Positions 38,934-50,900 of a stretch of 64,000 nucleotides of DNA are shown in pieces. The translations under genes and the position numbers were made by a program. The notes under the pieces were generated by a model that saw only the letters and a program-made list of their open reading frames with translations, had not been told where the DNA came from and made no database searches. This DNA comes from Eledone cirrhosa (Eukaryota), in NCBI GenBank assembly GCA_964016885.1, contig OZ024742.1:78678001-78742000 (forward strand). Direction: 5' to 3'. Position 1 is the stretch's first letter. The number at the start of each line of letters is the position of its first letter.

Positions 38934-40876
38934 ATATATATATATTATGACCGTTTATAAGTGGGATACAGACTCTTGGCCTGTCTGGGAGATCAGTAGC
39001 CCTACTTCAGTACTGACTTGGTCTATGTAGACCTGTCCAACCTTTTCTAGCAGGGAAAGCAAATGTTAAATGATGATGGTATATCTTATTGGAAGTTACA
39101 TATTTATAATTGTTACTTCAAGATTCTTATTACTGGTTTTTAGTAAATTATGAAAATGTGGCATATGTTTTTATAGTTGTCCAAAGGTAGGCAACAAGAA
39201 ACTCAGAGTAACGATTTCTTAAGTAGCAGCTTCCAATGAACCATTGAATACTCTCTTTTCTTATTTGTTTAGTTTACATCTATTTTTACACACACACACA
39301 CACAATGAACTTGCAGAAGAATAAGCCTCGGAATGATTTGAAATGTTGTGAAGGCTGGATCTCACAAAAGAGATAACAAGTGACCAAAACAAGTGGAAAC
39401 CCACTGCCCTGAATGTGACCCAACAGTCAATTGTGTAAAATAGGTGTAAAATTATGATGATGATGAGGATGATGATAATGTTAACTGTGATAGTGATAAT
39501 GATGGTGATTATTATGGTGATGCATGCCTGTCTGTTCTACTCTCTAGTTATATGTATATTCATTACCATGTTACATTAATGTTTACATAACTAGTTAATA
39601 TTTGTGCATCATCAATACTATTATTAATCCAGCTTTGGCAATAGTCTTGTGGGGGGATAACTGGGGACATGATTGTAGGTCATCAAAGTTGATGACACAC
39701 TGGTTTAGTGACCAACTAAATATCATTAGAATTCAGTGATGCCACACTAGACTAACTCTGATATGAAACCTGACACACCTACTGGGCAAATGTCAAATGC
39801 CAATGAATAGCAATAAATCATGACATGGACTGAACTAGAGGAAGCAGCTAATTGCAATTAAAGCAGGAAGTAAACAAATAAATATTACATCATCTTTGTT
39901 GTCATCATCATTGTTGCTTTTGCATCTGCTTTTCCATGCTAACTTGGAGTAGACAAGACATTTTGAGAGTGTGATTTAATTGCCGCTTATGACATAACAA
40001 TACATTGTACCCATTCTACAATCCAGGATACTGTTTTTGCTGTTATCAAGTAATAGACAGAACACTGACAAAATTATTACCAGTCCAAAGTTGAGGATTG
40101 GCAGAATTGTTAGAGCTTCAGGAGATGGTGTGTGTTGTGTCTATTCTGGTTCTTTGTGTTCTGTGTTCAAATCCCAGTGTCTTATTTAGATAGTAGACAT
40201 CATACCTAAACAAATTTAACAACACCACATTACATTGTAAGGTTTCATACTCATTGTGATATGCATTCTGAGGCAATGTTTTACAGGCAGCTGCCTCCCT
40301 TGTTTTTAGTTCCCTATTATGGAATGAAGAACTACGGTATACCTATCCTAAAATGAATACATATGGAACATTGCAAATAAGTAAATAAATTATAAAGAGT
40401 CCAGAGTAGTAGATTTACAGAATTGTTAGAGCTTAAAGAGATGGTGTGTTGTGTTTATTCTGGTTCTTTGTGTTCCGAGTTCAAATCCCTCTGTGTCTCA
40501 TTTAAATATATTTGCTGTTAACTCTACAATGAGGTTATTCTTGTTAGTGAGGAATAACATGGTCCCAGAAGGAAAATATCTAACTATAGGCTTAACAGCA
40601 ATCTATATTGATGCAGGACATGGAAATAAGATAGTTGATAGTAGTTTCCATAAGACAAACTATATAAGAAGAGGAATTTGGTATATTAAACAATAGTTAG
40701 AATGGTTTAACTATTTAGTAGTTTCAGAAGAACAGATTGCAAGAATAGTCAACTGCCTTCTCTTTTCTTGGGCCCACACCTTTACATAAAGATGTAAGGG
40801 CACTATTGTGTCACACAACATGTCTTAGGCATTTAAAACCAAGCAATGCTTATCACTCTTCAGATAATTGTAAATA

Positions 40877-43800
40877 ATTGTATCTCTCTCAGTTATTTAC
40901 CATGCGACCCTCAGTTCCTACCCCCCCCCCTCTCTCTATGCACTTCTTTAAGGCTTACTACCCTGTCTTTAACCTAATTCATTCAATCTGAAAATATTGA
41001 AGAGATAAGACACTTTCCCATTCTTCTCTGCTAAAATGTACCACTAGAGCTGATTCAAATTTTCCCAGCCAGCCATCCACCTAATCTACGAAGGTATTTT
41101 AGCCTACATATTGTCGTTAATATTATGATGTTCCCTGCTGTATTAGCGTTAAATTTTCCCTGCTGTATTAGCGATAAATTTTCGAGGGTTTCTCTTAGTA
41201 GCTTTTTTCATGTCGTTAATATTATGATGTTCCCTGCTGTATTAGCGTTAAATTTTCCCTGCTGTATTAGCGATAAATTTTCGAGGGTTTCTCTTAGTAG
41301 CTTTTTTCATGACGTTATTATTGTTAATTTTACTGATGTAGTATTAACTTATTAACTTGGATATTTACCATGCGGTATTCTAATCCTATTGTATCTCTCT
41401 CAGTTATTTACCATGCGACCCTCAGTTCCTACCCCCCCCTCTCTCTATGCACTTCTTTAAGGCTTACTACCCTGTCTTTAACCTAATTCATTCAATCTGA
41501 AAATATTGAAGAGATAAGACACTTTCCCATTCTTCTCTGCTAAAATGTACCACTAGAGCTGATTCAAATTTTCCCAGCCAGCCATCCACCTAATCTACGA
41601 AGGTATTTTAGCCTACATATTGTCGTTAATATTATGATGTTCCCTGCTGTATTAGCGTTAAATTTTCCCTGCTGTATTAGCGATAAATTTTCGAGGGTTT
41701 CTCTTAGTAGCTTTTTTCATGTCGTTAATATTATGATGTTCCCTGCTGTATTAGCGTTAAATTTTCCCTGCTGTATTAGCGATAAATTTTCGAGGGTTTC
41801 TCTTAGTAGCTTTTTTCATGTCGTTAATATTATGATGTTCCCTGCTGTATTAGCGTTAAATTTTCCCTGCTGTATTAGCGATAAATTTTCGAGGGTTTCT
41901 CTTAGTAGCTTTTTTCATGTCGTTAATATTATGATGTTCCCTGCTGTATTAGCGTTAAATTTTCCCTGCTGTATTAGCGATAAATTTTCGAGGGTTTCTC
42001 TTAGTAGCTTTTTTCATGTCGTTAATATTATGATGTTCCCTGCTGTATTAGCGTTAAATTTTCCCTGCTGTATTAGCGATAAATTTTCGAGGGTTTCTCT
42101 TAGTAGCTTTTTTCATGACGTTATTATTGTTAATTTTACTGATGTAGTATTAACTTATTAACTTGGATATTTACCATGCGGTATTCTAATCCTATTGTAT
42201 CTCTCTCAGTTATTTACCATGCGACCCTCAGTTCCTACCCCCCCCCTCTCTCTATGCACTTCTTTAAGGCTTACTACCCTGTCTTTAACCTAATTCATTC
42301 AATCTGAAAATATTGAAGAGATAAGACACTTTCCCATTCTTCTCTGCTAAAATGTACCACTAGAGCTGATTCAAATTTTCCCAGCCAGCCATCCACCTAA
42401 TCTACGAAGGTATTTTAGCCTACATATTGTCGTTAATATTATGATGTTCCCTGCTGTATTAGCGTTAAATTTTCCCTGCTGTATTAGCGATAAATTTTCG
42501 AGGGTTTCTCATAGTAGCTTTTTTCATGTCGTTAATATTATGATGTTCCCTGCTGTATTAGCGTTAAATTTTCCCTGCTGTATTAGCGATAAATTTTCGA
42601 GGGTTTCTCTTAGTAGCTTTTTTCATGTCGTTAATATTATGATGTTCCCTGCTGTATTAGCGTTAAATTTTCCCTGCTGTATTAGCGATAAATTTTCGAG
42701 GGTTTCTCTTAGTAGCTTTTTTCATGTCGTTAATATTATGATGTTCCCTGCTGTATTAGCGTTAAATTTTCCCTGCTGTATTAGCGATAAATTTTCGAGG
42801 GTTTCTCTTAGTAGCTTTTTTCATGACGTTATTATTGTTAATTTTACTGATGTAGTATTAACTTATTAACTTGGATATTTACCATGCGGTATTCTAATCC
42901 TATTGTATCTCTCTCAGTTATTTACCATGCGACCCTCAGTTCCTACCCCCCCCCTCTCTCTATGCACTTCTTTAAGGCTTACTACCCTGTCTTTAACCTA
43001 ATTCATTCAATCTGAAAATATTGAAGAGATAAGACACTTTCCCATTCTTCTCTGCTAAAATGTACCACTAGAGCTGATTCAAATTTTCCCAGCCAGCCAT
43101 CCACCTAATCTACGAAGGTATTTTAGCCTACATATTGTCGTTAATATTATGATGTTCCCTGCTGTATTAGCGTTAAATTTTCCCTGCTGTATTAGCGATA
43201 AATTTTCGAGGGTTTCTCTTAGTAGCTTTTTTCATGTCGTTAATATTATGATGTTCCCTGCTGTATTAGCGTTAAATTTTCCCTGCTGTATTAGCGATAA
43301 ATTTTCGAGGGTTTCTCTTAGTAGCTTTTTTCATGACGTTATTATTGTTAATTTTACTGATGTAGTATTAACTTATTAACTTGGATATTTACCATGCGGT
43401 ATTCTAATCCTATTGTATCTCTCTCAGTTATTTACCATGCGACCCTCAGTTCCTACCCCCCCCCCTCTCTCTATGCACTTCTTTAAGGCTTACTACCCTG
43501 TCTTTAACCTAATTCATTCAATCTGAAAATATTGAAGAGATAAGACACTTTCCCATTCTTCTCTGCTAAAATGTACCACTAGAGCTGATTCAAATTTTCC
43601 CAGCCAGCCATCCACCTAATCTACGAAGGTATTTTAGCCTACATATTGTCGTTAATATTATGATGTTCCCTGCTGTATTAGCGTTAAATTTTCCCTGCTG
43701 TATTAGCGATAAATTTTCGAGGGTTTCTCATAGTAGCTTTTTTCATGTCGTTAATATTATGATGTTCCCTGCTGTATTAGCGTTAAATTTTCCCTGCTGT

Positions 43801-44623
43801 ATTAGCGATAAATTTTCGAGGGTTTCTCTTAGTAGCTTTTTTCATGTCGTTAATATTATGATGTTCCCTGCTGTATTAGCGTTAAATTTTCCCTGCTGTA
43901 TTAGCGATAAATTTTCGAGGGTTTCTCTTAGTAGCTTTTTTCATGTCGTTAATATTATGATGTTCCCTGCTGTATTAGCGTTAAATTTTCCCTGCTGTAT
44001 TAGCGATAAATTTTCGAGGGTTTCTCTTAGTAGCTTTTTTCATGACGTTATTATTGTTAATTTTACTGATGTAGTATTAACTTATTAACTTGGATATTTA
44101 CCATGCGGTATTCTAATCCTATTGTATCTCTCTCAGTTATTTACCATGCGACCCTCAGTTCCTACCCCCCCTCTCTCTATGCACTTCTTTAAGGCTTACT
44201 ACCCTGTCTTTAACCTAATTCATTCAATCTGAAAATATTGAAGAGATAAGACACTTTCCCATTCTTCTCTGCTAAAATGTACCACTAGAGCTGATTCAAA
44301 TTTTCCCAGCCAGCCATCCACCTAATCTACGAAGGTATTTTAGCCTACATATTGTCGTTAATATTATGATGTTCCCTGCTGTATTAGCGTTAAATTTTCC
44401 CTGCTGTATTAGCGATAAATTTTCGAGGGTTTCTCTTAGTAGCTTTTTTCATGTCGTTAATATTATGATGTTCCCTGCTGTATTAGCGTTAAATTTTCCC
44501 TGCTGTATTAGCGATAAATTTTCGAGGGTTTCTCTTAGTAGCTTTCTTCATGACGTTATTATTGTTAATTTTACTGATGTAGTATTAACTTGGATATTTA
44601 CCATGCGACCCTCAGTTCCTACC
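40877..44623 (+). repeat. Nested tandem array: six monomers (starts 40877, 41388, 42194, 42902, 43412, 44121), each ~312 bp plus n x 99 bp, n = 2,5,4,2,4,2
   Basis: First five monomer lengths 511, 806, 708, 510, 709; the 99-mer itself holds a 25-bp direct repeat (TTCCCTGCTGTATTAGCGWTAAATT); copies almost identical. Confidence 0.96.
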
Positions 44624-44866
44624 TCACAATGTCCCTCCCCCCCACCCCCACACACCACCATAGTCTATTCGACCAATCAAACCTAGCATGCCATTTCCAC
44701 TGCTGCTGCTGCTACTACCTGCCTAACTAACTCTCTCCTCCTCTGGCGCATCCCAACACACCCTGCCATTACCCCACCACCACTGTCCTTCTAGCCCTCA
44801 ATTTTCCCACCGTTATGGATGGATGAGCTGGGAATACACGAGCAACTCTGAATCAATAGATGAAAT

Positions 44867-47800
44867 ATGAATCTGCGAGCTACCAAGCACCCACGTGAAG
44901 CGCCAACCCAGAGACCCTCCCCTACGAGTGTCGACAAATGCCCAAAACTCCGAGTTGGTACCATCAATGTAGGCTCAATGAAAGGAAGAGCAGGAGAAAT
45001 CGTAGAAATGCTAGAGCGAAAGGAAGTTGATGTATGCTGTGTGCAAGAGACTAGATGGAGAGGAGGGTCTGCTAGAGTCCTTGTAGGAAAAAGCCAGTGC
45101 TACAAATTTTTCTGGGTGGGAAATGACGATGGGATGGGTGGTGTAGGTATACTATTAGCTGACAAGTGGGTAGATAAAGTAATCTCAGTGTACAGGGTAA
45201 ATGCAAGAATCATTAAACTCAGACTAGTCCTGAATAAGACAATTACCACAATAATATCAGCTTACGCACCCCAATCGGGGCTGCCAGACGAACTTAAGGA
45301 TAGGTTTTACGAGTCCCTAATACACACTACTGCTCTAACAGACGACAAGGACTTCCTAATCATTGCAGGAGATTTTAACGGACACATAGGTAAACACTGC
45401 GACGGCTTCAATAGAGTACATGGAGGCCATGGAGTTGGCACAAGAAATGAGGAAGGATTCAGACTTCTAGAATTCTGCGACGCCAATGACATGTCGATAT
45501 GTAACACAAACTTTAAAAAACCCGACAACCACCTGATCACCTATAGATCAGGGGAGCACTCTAGTCAGTTAGATTTTATCCTCATCAGAGGACGTGACAG
45601 ATGGACGGTCGTAAACACAAAAGCCTTCCCTAGTGAGGAATGTACATCCCAACATAGCTTAGTTGTCAGCGACCTCACGGTCAGAACTAGACGAGCCCTG
45701 AAACAGAGGCCAACCTGGAGAAGAAAGATCTGGAAGCTGAAAGTCCCCTCAACCAGTAACAGATTTAAAGATATTTTACTCAACGCCTACGACAGTAAAG
45801 AAGAACAGATAGTGACATTTAACGTAGAAGAGAACTGGGAGTTCCTAAAAAATAACTTACTAGAGGCGACGGATGAGGTTTGTGGCTGGAGTAAGACCTC
45901 AAGCAGGAGGAGAGTGACTTGGTGGTGGAACAATAAGGTAGATGAAGCAGTCAAGGCCAAGAGACAGGCATGGAAAGAATGGAAGAACGGGGGGAGCAGG
46001 GTACATTACATAGAGACCAAGAGGGAAGCTAGGCGACAAGTATACTTAGCTAGGAGGGAAGCAGAGGATAGAAAATTCAAGCATGTTTTACAACGTGAGG
46101 ACCAGAAACAGGAGGTATTCAAGATTGCGAGGCAGTGTGTCAGAGATAGTTGTGATGTCATTGGAGAGAAGTGTATCCGGAATGATAAAGGTGAGCTTGC
46201 CCTCACAAGTGCTGAGAAGAAAGATGCATGGAAGAGTCATTATGATAGATTACTAAATGAGGAGAATGCATGGGAAGAAGAGACCCTACCCCACGTAGAC
46301 CCTATAGAGGGACCAGCAGTACAAGTCAGCGGCAGCGTAGTAAGTAAGGCAATCAGAGATATGAAGATAGGGAAGGCAACCGGTCCATCGGGTATAGCTG
46401 CCGAGATGCTGAAGGCATCTGGGTCTGTAGGTCACACTATAACCACACGTATCGTTAACCAGGTAATACTAGAGGGGGCCATACCAAAAGATTGGTGCAG
46501 TAGCATCATTGTCAACTGCTACAAAGGTAAAGGCGATGCACTAGATAGAGGAAACTATAGAGGTATAAAGTTGATGGACCAGGTCATGAAAGTAACAGAA
46601 AGAGTTATAGCACAGCTGATTAGGGACCGGGTGAATATAGACGAGATGCAATTTGGGTTTGTACCAGGGAAAGGCACCACTGATGCGCTCTTCCTTGTGA
46701 GGCAATTACAGGAAAAGTACCTAGCTAAAAGTAAGCCACTCTACTTGGCATTTGTCGACCTTGAGAAAGCCTTTGACAGAGTTCCACGTGCAGTAATCTG
46801 GTGGGCTCTTAGAAAACTAGGAGTAGATGAATGGCTTGTGAAAGCGGTACAAGCCATGTATAGGGGAGCAGTCAGCAAAGTTAGGATTGGCAATGAGTAT
46901 AGCGAGGAATTTAGCGTACAGGTTGGGGTCCACCAGGGCTCTGTTCTTAGCCCTCTCCTGTTCATCATAGTCCTGCAGGCAATAACGGAGGAGTTTAAGA
47001 CCGGATGCCCATGGGAACTCCTGTATGCTGATGACCTCGCACTCATAGCTGAATCTATGGTAGAACTAGAGAATAAATTCCAAACCTGGAAGCAGGGACT
47101 AGAGAGAAAGGGCCTCAAAGTCAACATGACAAAGACTAAGGTCCTTATAAGTAGACGAGAAAACAGAACCCAGATCCCCTCAGGGAAATGGCCTTGCTCA
47201 GTATGTAGGAAAGGTGTAGGTAGGAACTCCATTCTTTGCCCCAAATGCAAACAATGGGTACACAAGAGATGTAGCGGGATCTCAGGAAGCTTAATTAAGA
47301 ATGTAGGATTCACATGCAGCAGCTGTGCTGAAACAGCAAGCAAACAGCCACAGGAAACAAGTACCACCAATCTCTGGGAGGGCCCTGTAGAAACAGTAGA
47401 CAGCTTCTGCTACCTAGGTGACCGAATTAGCAACGGAGGTGGGTGCTCAGAAAGTACAATAACTAGGGTAAGAACGGGATGGAAGAAGTTAAGGGAACTA
47501 CTACCACTGCTAGCTGCAAAAGGCTTCTCCCTCAGAATGAAAGGCAGACTGTATGATGCGTGTATCCGAACAGCGATGTTGCATGGTAGTGAGACCTGGG
47601 CGCTGAAGGTGGAAGACTTACGTAGATTAGAGAGAAACGAAGCCTGCATGCTCCGATGGATGTGTAACAGTAATATACGTGAACGACAAAGCATAAATGA
47701 ATTGAGAGAGAGACTGAGCATAAGAGGAATCAAATGCTGCGTGCAGGAGAGGCGGTTACGCTGGTATGGACATGTGATGCGTATGAAGGATGACAGCTGC

Positions 47801-47986
47801 ATAAAAAGGTGCAGAGCACTAGAAGTTGATGGAAACCGCGGAGTGGGGAGACCCAAGATGACTTGGGATGAGGTGATAAAAGCCGACCTTACCCAACTAC
47901 ACCTCTCAAAGTCAATGACACACGACCGTGACTTCTGGCGTCACGCAGTAATACAGGGTACCCGACCTCCCATGGGTACATGCTGA
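44867..47986 (+). CDS. LINE polyprotein: apurinic-like endonuclease + reverse transcriptase with embedded PHD-type zinc finger (1039 aa)
   Basis: APE motifs TINV, VQET, SAYAPQ, GDFNGH, LDFIL, QH; RT motifs QFGF, DLEKAFD, QGSVLSP, YADD (47024-47035), YLG; C4HC3 at 47189-47326. Confidence 0.96.
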   Translation: MNLRATKHPREAPTQRPSPTSVDKCPKLRVGTINVGSMKGRAGEIVEMLERKEVDVCCVQETRWRGGSARVLVGKSQCYKFFWVGNDDGMGGVGILLADKWVDKVISVYRVNARIIKLRLVLNKTITTIISAYAPQSGLPDELKDRFYESLIHTTALTDDKDFLIIAGDFNGHIGKHCDGFNRVHGGHGVGTRNEEGFRLLEFCDANDMSICNTNFKKPDNHLITYRSGEHSSQLDFILIRGRDRWTVVNTKAFPSEECTSQHSLVVSDLTVRTRRALKQRPTWRRKIWKLKVPSTSNRFKDILLNAYDSKEEQIVTFNVEENWEFLKNNLLEATDEVCGWSKTSSRRRVTWWWNNKVDEAVKAKRQAWKEWKNGGSRVHYIETKREARRQVYLARREAEDRKFKHVLQREDQKQEVFKIARQCVRDSCDVIGEKCIRNDKGELALTSAEKKDAWKSHYDRLLNEENAWEEETLPHVDPIEGPAVQVSGSVVSKAIRDMKIGKATGPSGIAAEMLKASGSVGHTITTRIVNQVILEGAIPKDWCSSIIVNCYKGKGDALDRGNYRGIKLMDQVMKVTERVIAQLIRDRVNIDEMQFGFVPGKGTTDALFLVRQLQEKYLAKSKPLYLAFVDLEKAFDRVPRAVIWWALRKLGVDEWLVKAVQAMYRGAVSKVRIGNEYSEEFSVQVGVHQGSVLSPLLFIIVLQAITEEFKTGCPWELLYADDLALIAESMVELENKFQTWKQGLERKGLKVNMTKTKVLISRRENRTQIPSGKWPCSVCRKGVGRNSILCPKCKQWVHKRCSGISGSLIKNVGFTCSSCAETASKQPQETSTTNLWEGPVETVDSFCYLGDRISNGGGCSESTITRVRTGWKKLRELLPLLAAKGFSLRMKGRLYDACIRTAMLHGSETWALKVEDLRRLERNEACMLRWMCNSNIRERQSINELRERLSIRGIKCCVQERRLRWYGHVMRMKDDSCIKRCRALEVDGNRGVGRPKMTWDEVIKADLTQLHLSKSMTHDRDFWRHAVIQGTRPPMGTC

Positions 47987-50900
47987 AGCATATAAACAAT
48001 ATGCCCCCCCCCCCCACCGCAAGGTGGTCGTGGAGGTGCCACGGCAAAAAAGCACCCAGCCCACACTGTAAAGTGGACGTGTAGGCGCCACGAAAAAGCA
48101 CCCAGCACTCACTGTAAATGAGGTTGGTGTTAGGAAGGGCATCCAGCTGTAGAAATCAAGCCAGATCAGTTCCTGTATGAGCAAGGCATGGTCAGCCGAC
48201 CAGACACTGCCCACAACAGGACAACCCGTCTAACCCATGCTAGCGTGGAAGAACGGACGTAAAACGGTGATGATGATGATGATGAGATCTGGCCACAATA
48301 AATTTGTTCCAGAAATAGAAAGGGTGAGATTTGAACTCAGATCTCAAAACACATACCTCAAAGCATTTATTCTATTCAATATTCTAATGACTCTGCCAAC
48401 TGGCCATCCTAATGGCAAAATGGTGCCATTATTTTTAATATCAAACCATAAAAGAGGAAGCTCAGACAACAAATAAATGAAATAAGACTGGCAGAAAAGG
48501 AAGAGTGAGTTGGATTTTTCTATTCATGCTATTTATTTTGTTTTTTTCATATATTACTGGTGTCATCATTATTTTAAATGCATTATTGTCGGATGTTGTT
48601 GGTACTGTTACCATAGGATTCTATGCAATTGTTGTTGTCATTCAAAAGTTTGTGTTTTGCCATTGTAGTTGTTGTATCCATTCATTTTCATTATAACTGA
48701 TGTTGCTGCTGCTGTTGTTGATGTATTTATTACTATAGCTGCTGGTGTTGTTGAAGTTATCTTCATCATCATTGTCTCTGCACTTGTTACACTGTTGTTG
48801 TTATAATTACCAATTGTTGTTGTTGTTGTATTGTAGGCACCATTGTTAGTGATGTCTTTTCACATTGAAAAAGATGCAGCCTCTAGTTTCTATCATTATG
48901 ATATTATAATTGCTTTTGTTGTTGCCATCACAGTAGCATCTATTGTTGTTATTTTTATTGTTGTTGTTTGAGAAGTAGGAATGTGTGTGTGTAGTGGAAA
49001 GAAGAAACTTGTCATCAGTGATAAAGATGTAATTATAATAATGATGTGTCATTTTTGTTTGCTTGCTTGCTTCCTTAGCTTTGTTTTTCATACAAAATAC
49101 ACCTGGTGTTCTCTCTGCCAATCCACCTCTCATTCTCATACAAAAGATGGACAACATAGGAACACAAACTCATACACCATACACAGAGAATTACTATTCT
49201 TCTGAGAATACATCAAATGTCTAGAGAACATCTTTAGAAAATATCACTAAAGAAGAAACATATACTTGCAACACTACAAAAAAAGCATTAGTAAAAATAA
49301 AGAAAAAAAACAAGCAAATGCATACATGCACACATATACACACATGTATACATACATGCATTGCGTACATACATATATACATACACTACATATATAAATA
49401 CATACATAGTACGACAACACTGAGTGTTCTCTTGGGAATAGAAGGCTATTAGACTTAGTGTAATGAATATTATTCATCCTTTATGATTTTGCTATCAACT
49501 AGCCTATTTAAGAATCTTCCTTTTTTCATAATCCTGATGAGTCCCATTATGCATTGTGTTGTTGAGTATGCCATTGAAATTTCTATCTCATGTGGTTTAT
49601 CAATATAACTGAACTCATGTTTCTTCAAGCTATATCTAAAAACTGACAATTGAAACAAAAGTCTCTTTGCAATTTTACAACGTTTCTGTTGCTTCACAAT
49701 TAAATAGGCTGGACTATCCTAATGAACCTATTAACAACTAAGAGAATAAAACTGTTCAAACTAAATATTTTTTTTACTATATTTCTAATAAAATCCACTG
49801 TCCATGATCTTCAATTAATCTTGAAATTAATCAAGAATTTTCAAAGATTTAGTAAAATAACTTTTCAGTTAAGCTGGTACGTGGAGGTTATTACATAATG
49901 TTATGATGAAAGGGGTTTTGATAAATATCATCATCATCCATCATCTAGGTGTGCTTATTGCACAGATAGTCATAACTCATCTTTCCAATCTGTTCGGTCT
50001 GCCATTGCTTGTGGTAGGTCTTCTCAGGCATACTCAGAATCCTTACACAGTTGCTTTATGCAGGTTCAATGTAGTCTACCAACATTTGTGTACCCATGCT
50101 TCGGTTGCTAAAGAAGAATGTTGCTGCTGAAATAATCCTTTGCTCTCCAGCAATGTCTAGTGAAGAACAAGATTCGTTGATAAATATAAACATTTTAAAT
50201 AAACAGTTTGTATTTTAAAACCAGGATTGGTTTTAGACTATGTGATATCTTGGCCAGAGTCACTGTGCAGTACCTCCATTGGTCATACATTTTCTCAATG
50301 GCCTATGGGTGCCTTTAGCAGAATCTGCTTTATAATAAGTAAACCCGAAATTTCTGTCAGGCTCTCAATTTTGTGCCATTATGTAAATCATTTGGGTTGG
50401 TGACAATTTTTTTTTTCTTTTTACATTTTGATAAATAGTCTACGGCTACTATCCTCTTTCTCCAAGGGATTTGGAGGTGTGGGGGTGAAAATGGACAGTT
50501 TGGCTCACAGAGAACCCAAAAATCATGGCAAACAATTGAACTAAACAATATGTTGAATGTTATAGGGACGAAGAAAGGAATTCGATTGACAAGACCCCAG
50601 ACCTCATTCGCTTGCAGAGTTTGTCTCGTCAAATCGGACAAAGGAAATAATGTTTCCATTGGTCTTTCCATTGCTGATACTATCTCCCAGAAATAAAGTG
50701 TCTTACTTAAGGACGTAATGCATAACCCAGTCTGAAGATCAAACTCACAACTTCATGATTGTGAATCCAATTCTCTAAGCACTGAGCCACACACCTTCAC
50801 TTCAATGTTATATTTCCTGCTCTTGGATTGCAAATGCATAACCTTCATATGATGTATCATGATGTATTTATGTGTATATACAAGTATTACAACAACTATC

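Larger units (their letters stand above)
40877..48285 (+). mobile_element. Apparently full-length RTE family A2 LINE; 5' extent depends on whether the array belongs to it
   Basis: Array runs into 243 bp of unique leader, intact ORF, ~280-bp 3' UTR with ~46-bp internal repeats, (GAT)n tail. Confidence 0.75.

Noticed and set aside
40862-40865. AGAT as target-site duplication of the full-length LINE (matching 48285-48288)
   Set aside because: Only 4 bp and overlaps the GAT tail; not distinguishable from chance without the empty allele
40877-44623. CRISPR-like array next to an RT gene
   Set aside because: No unique spacers, repeats are contiguous, context is eukaryotic and there are no cas genes
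44624-44866. HDV-like ribozyme in the RTE leader, as known for some RTE elements
   Set aside because: Could not assemble the nested double pseudoknot by eye here or in the monomer; needs a descriptor search
45644-45660. SQH in place of the usual SDH endonuclease motif, as a sign of inactivation
   Set aside because: QH variants occur in RTE-clade endonucleases and the catalytic His is retained
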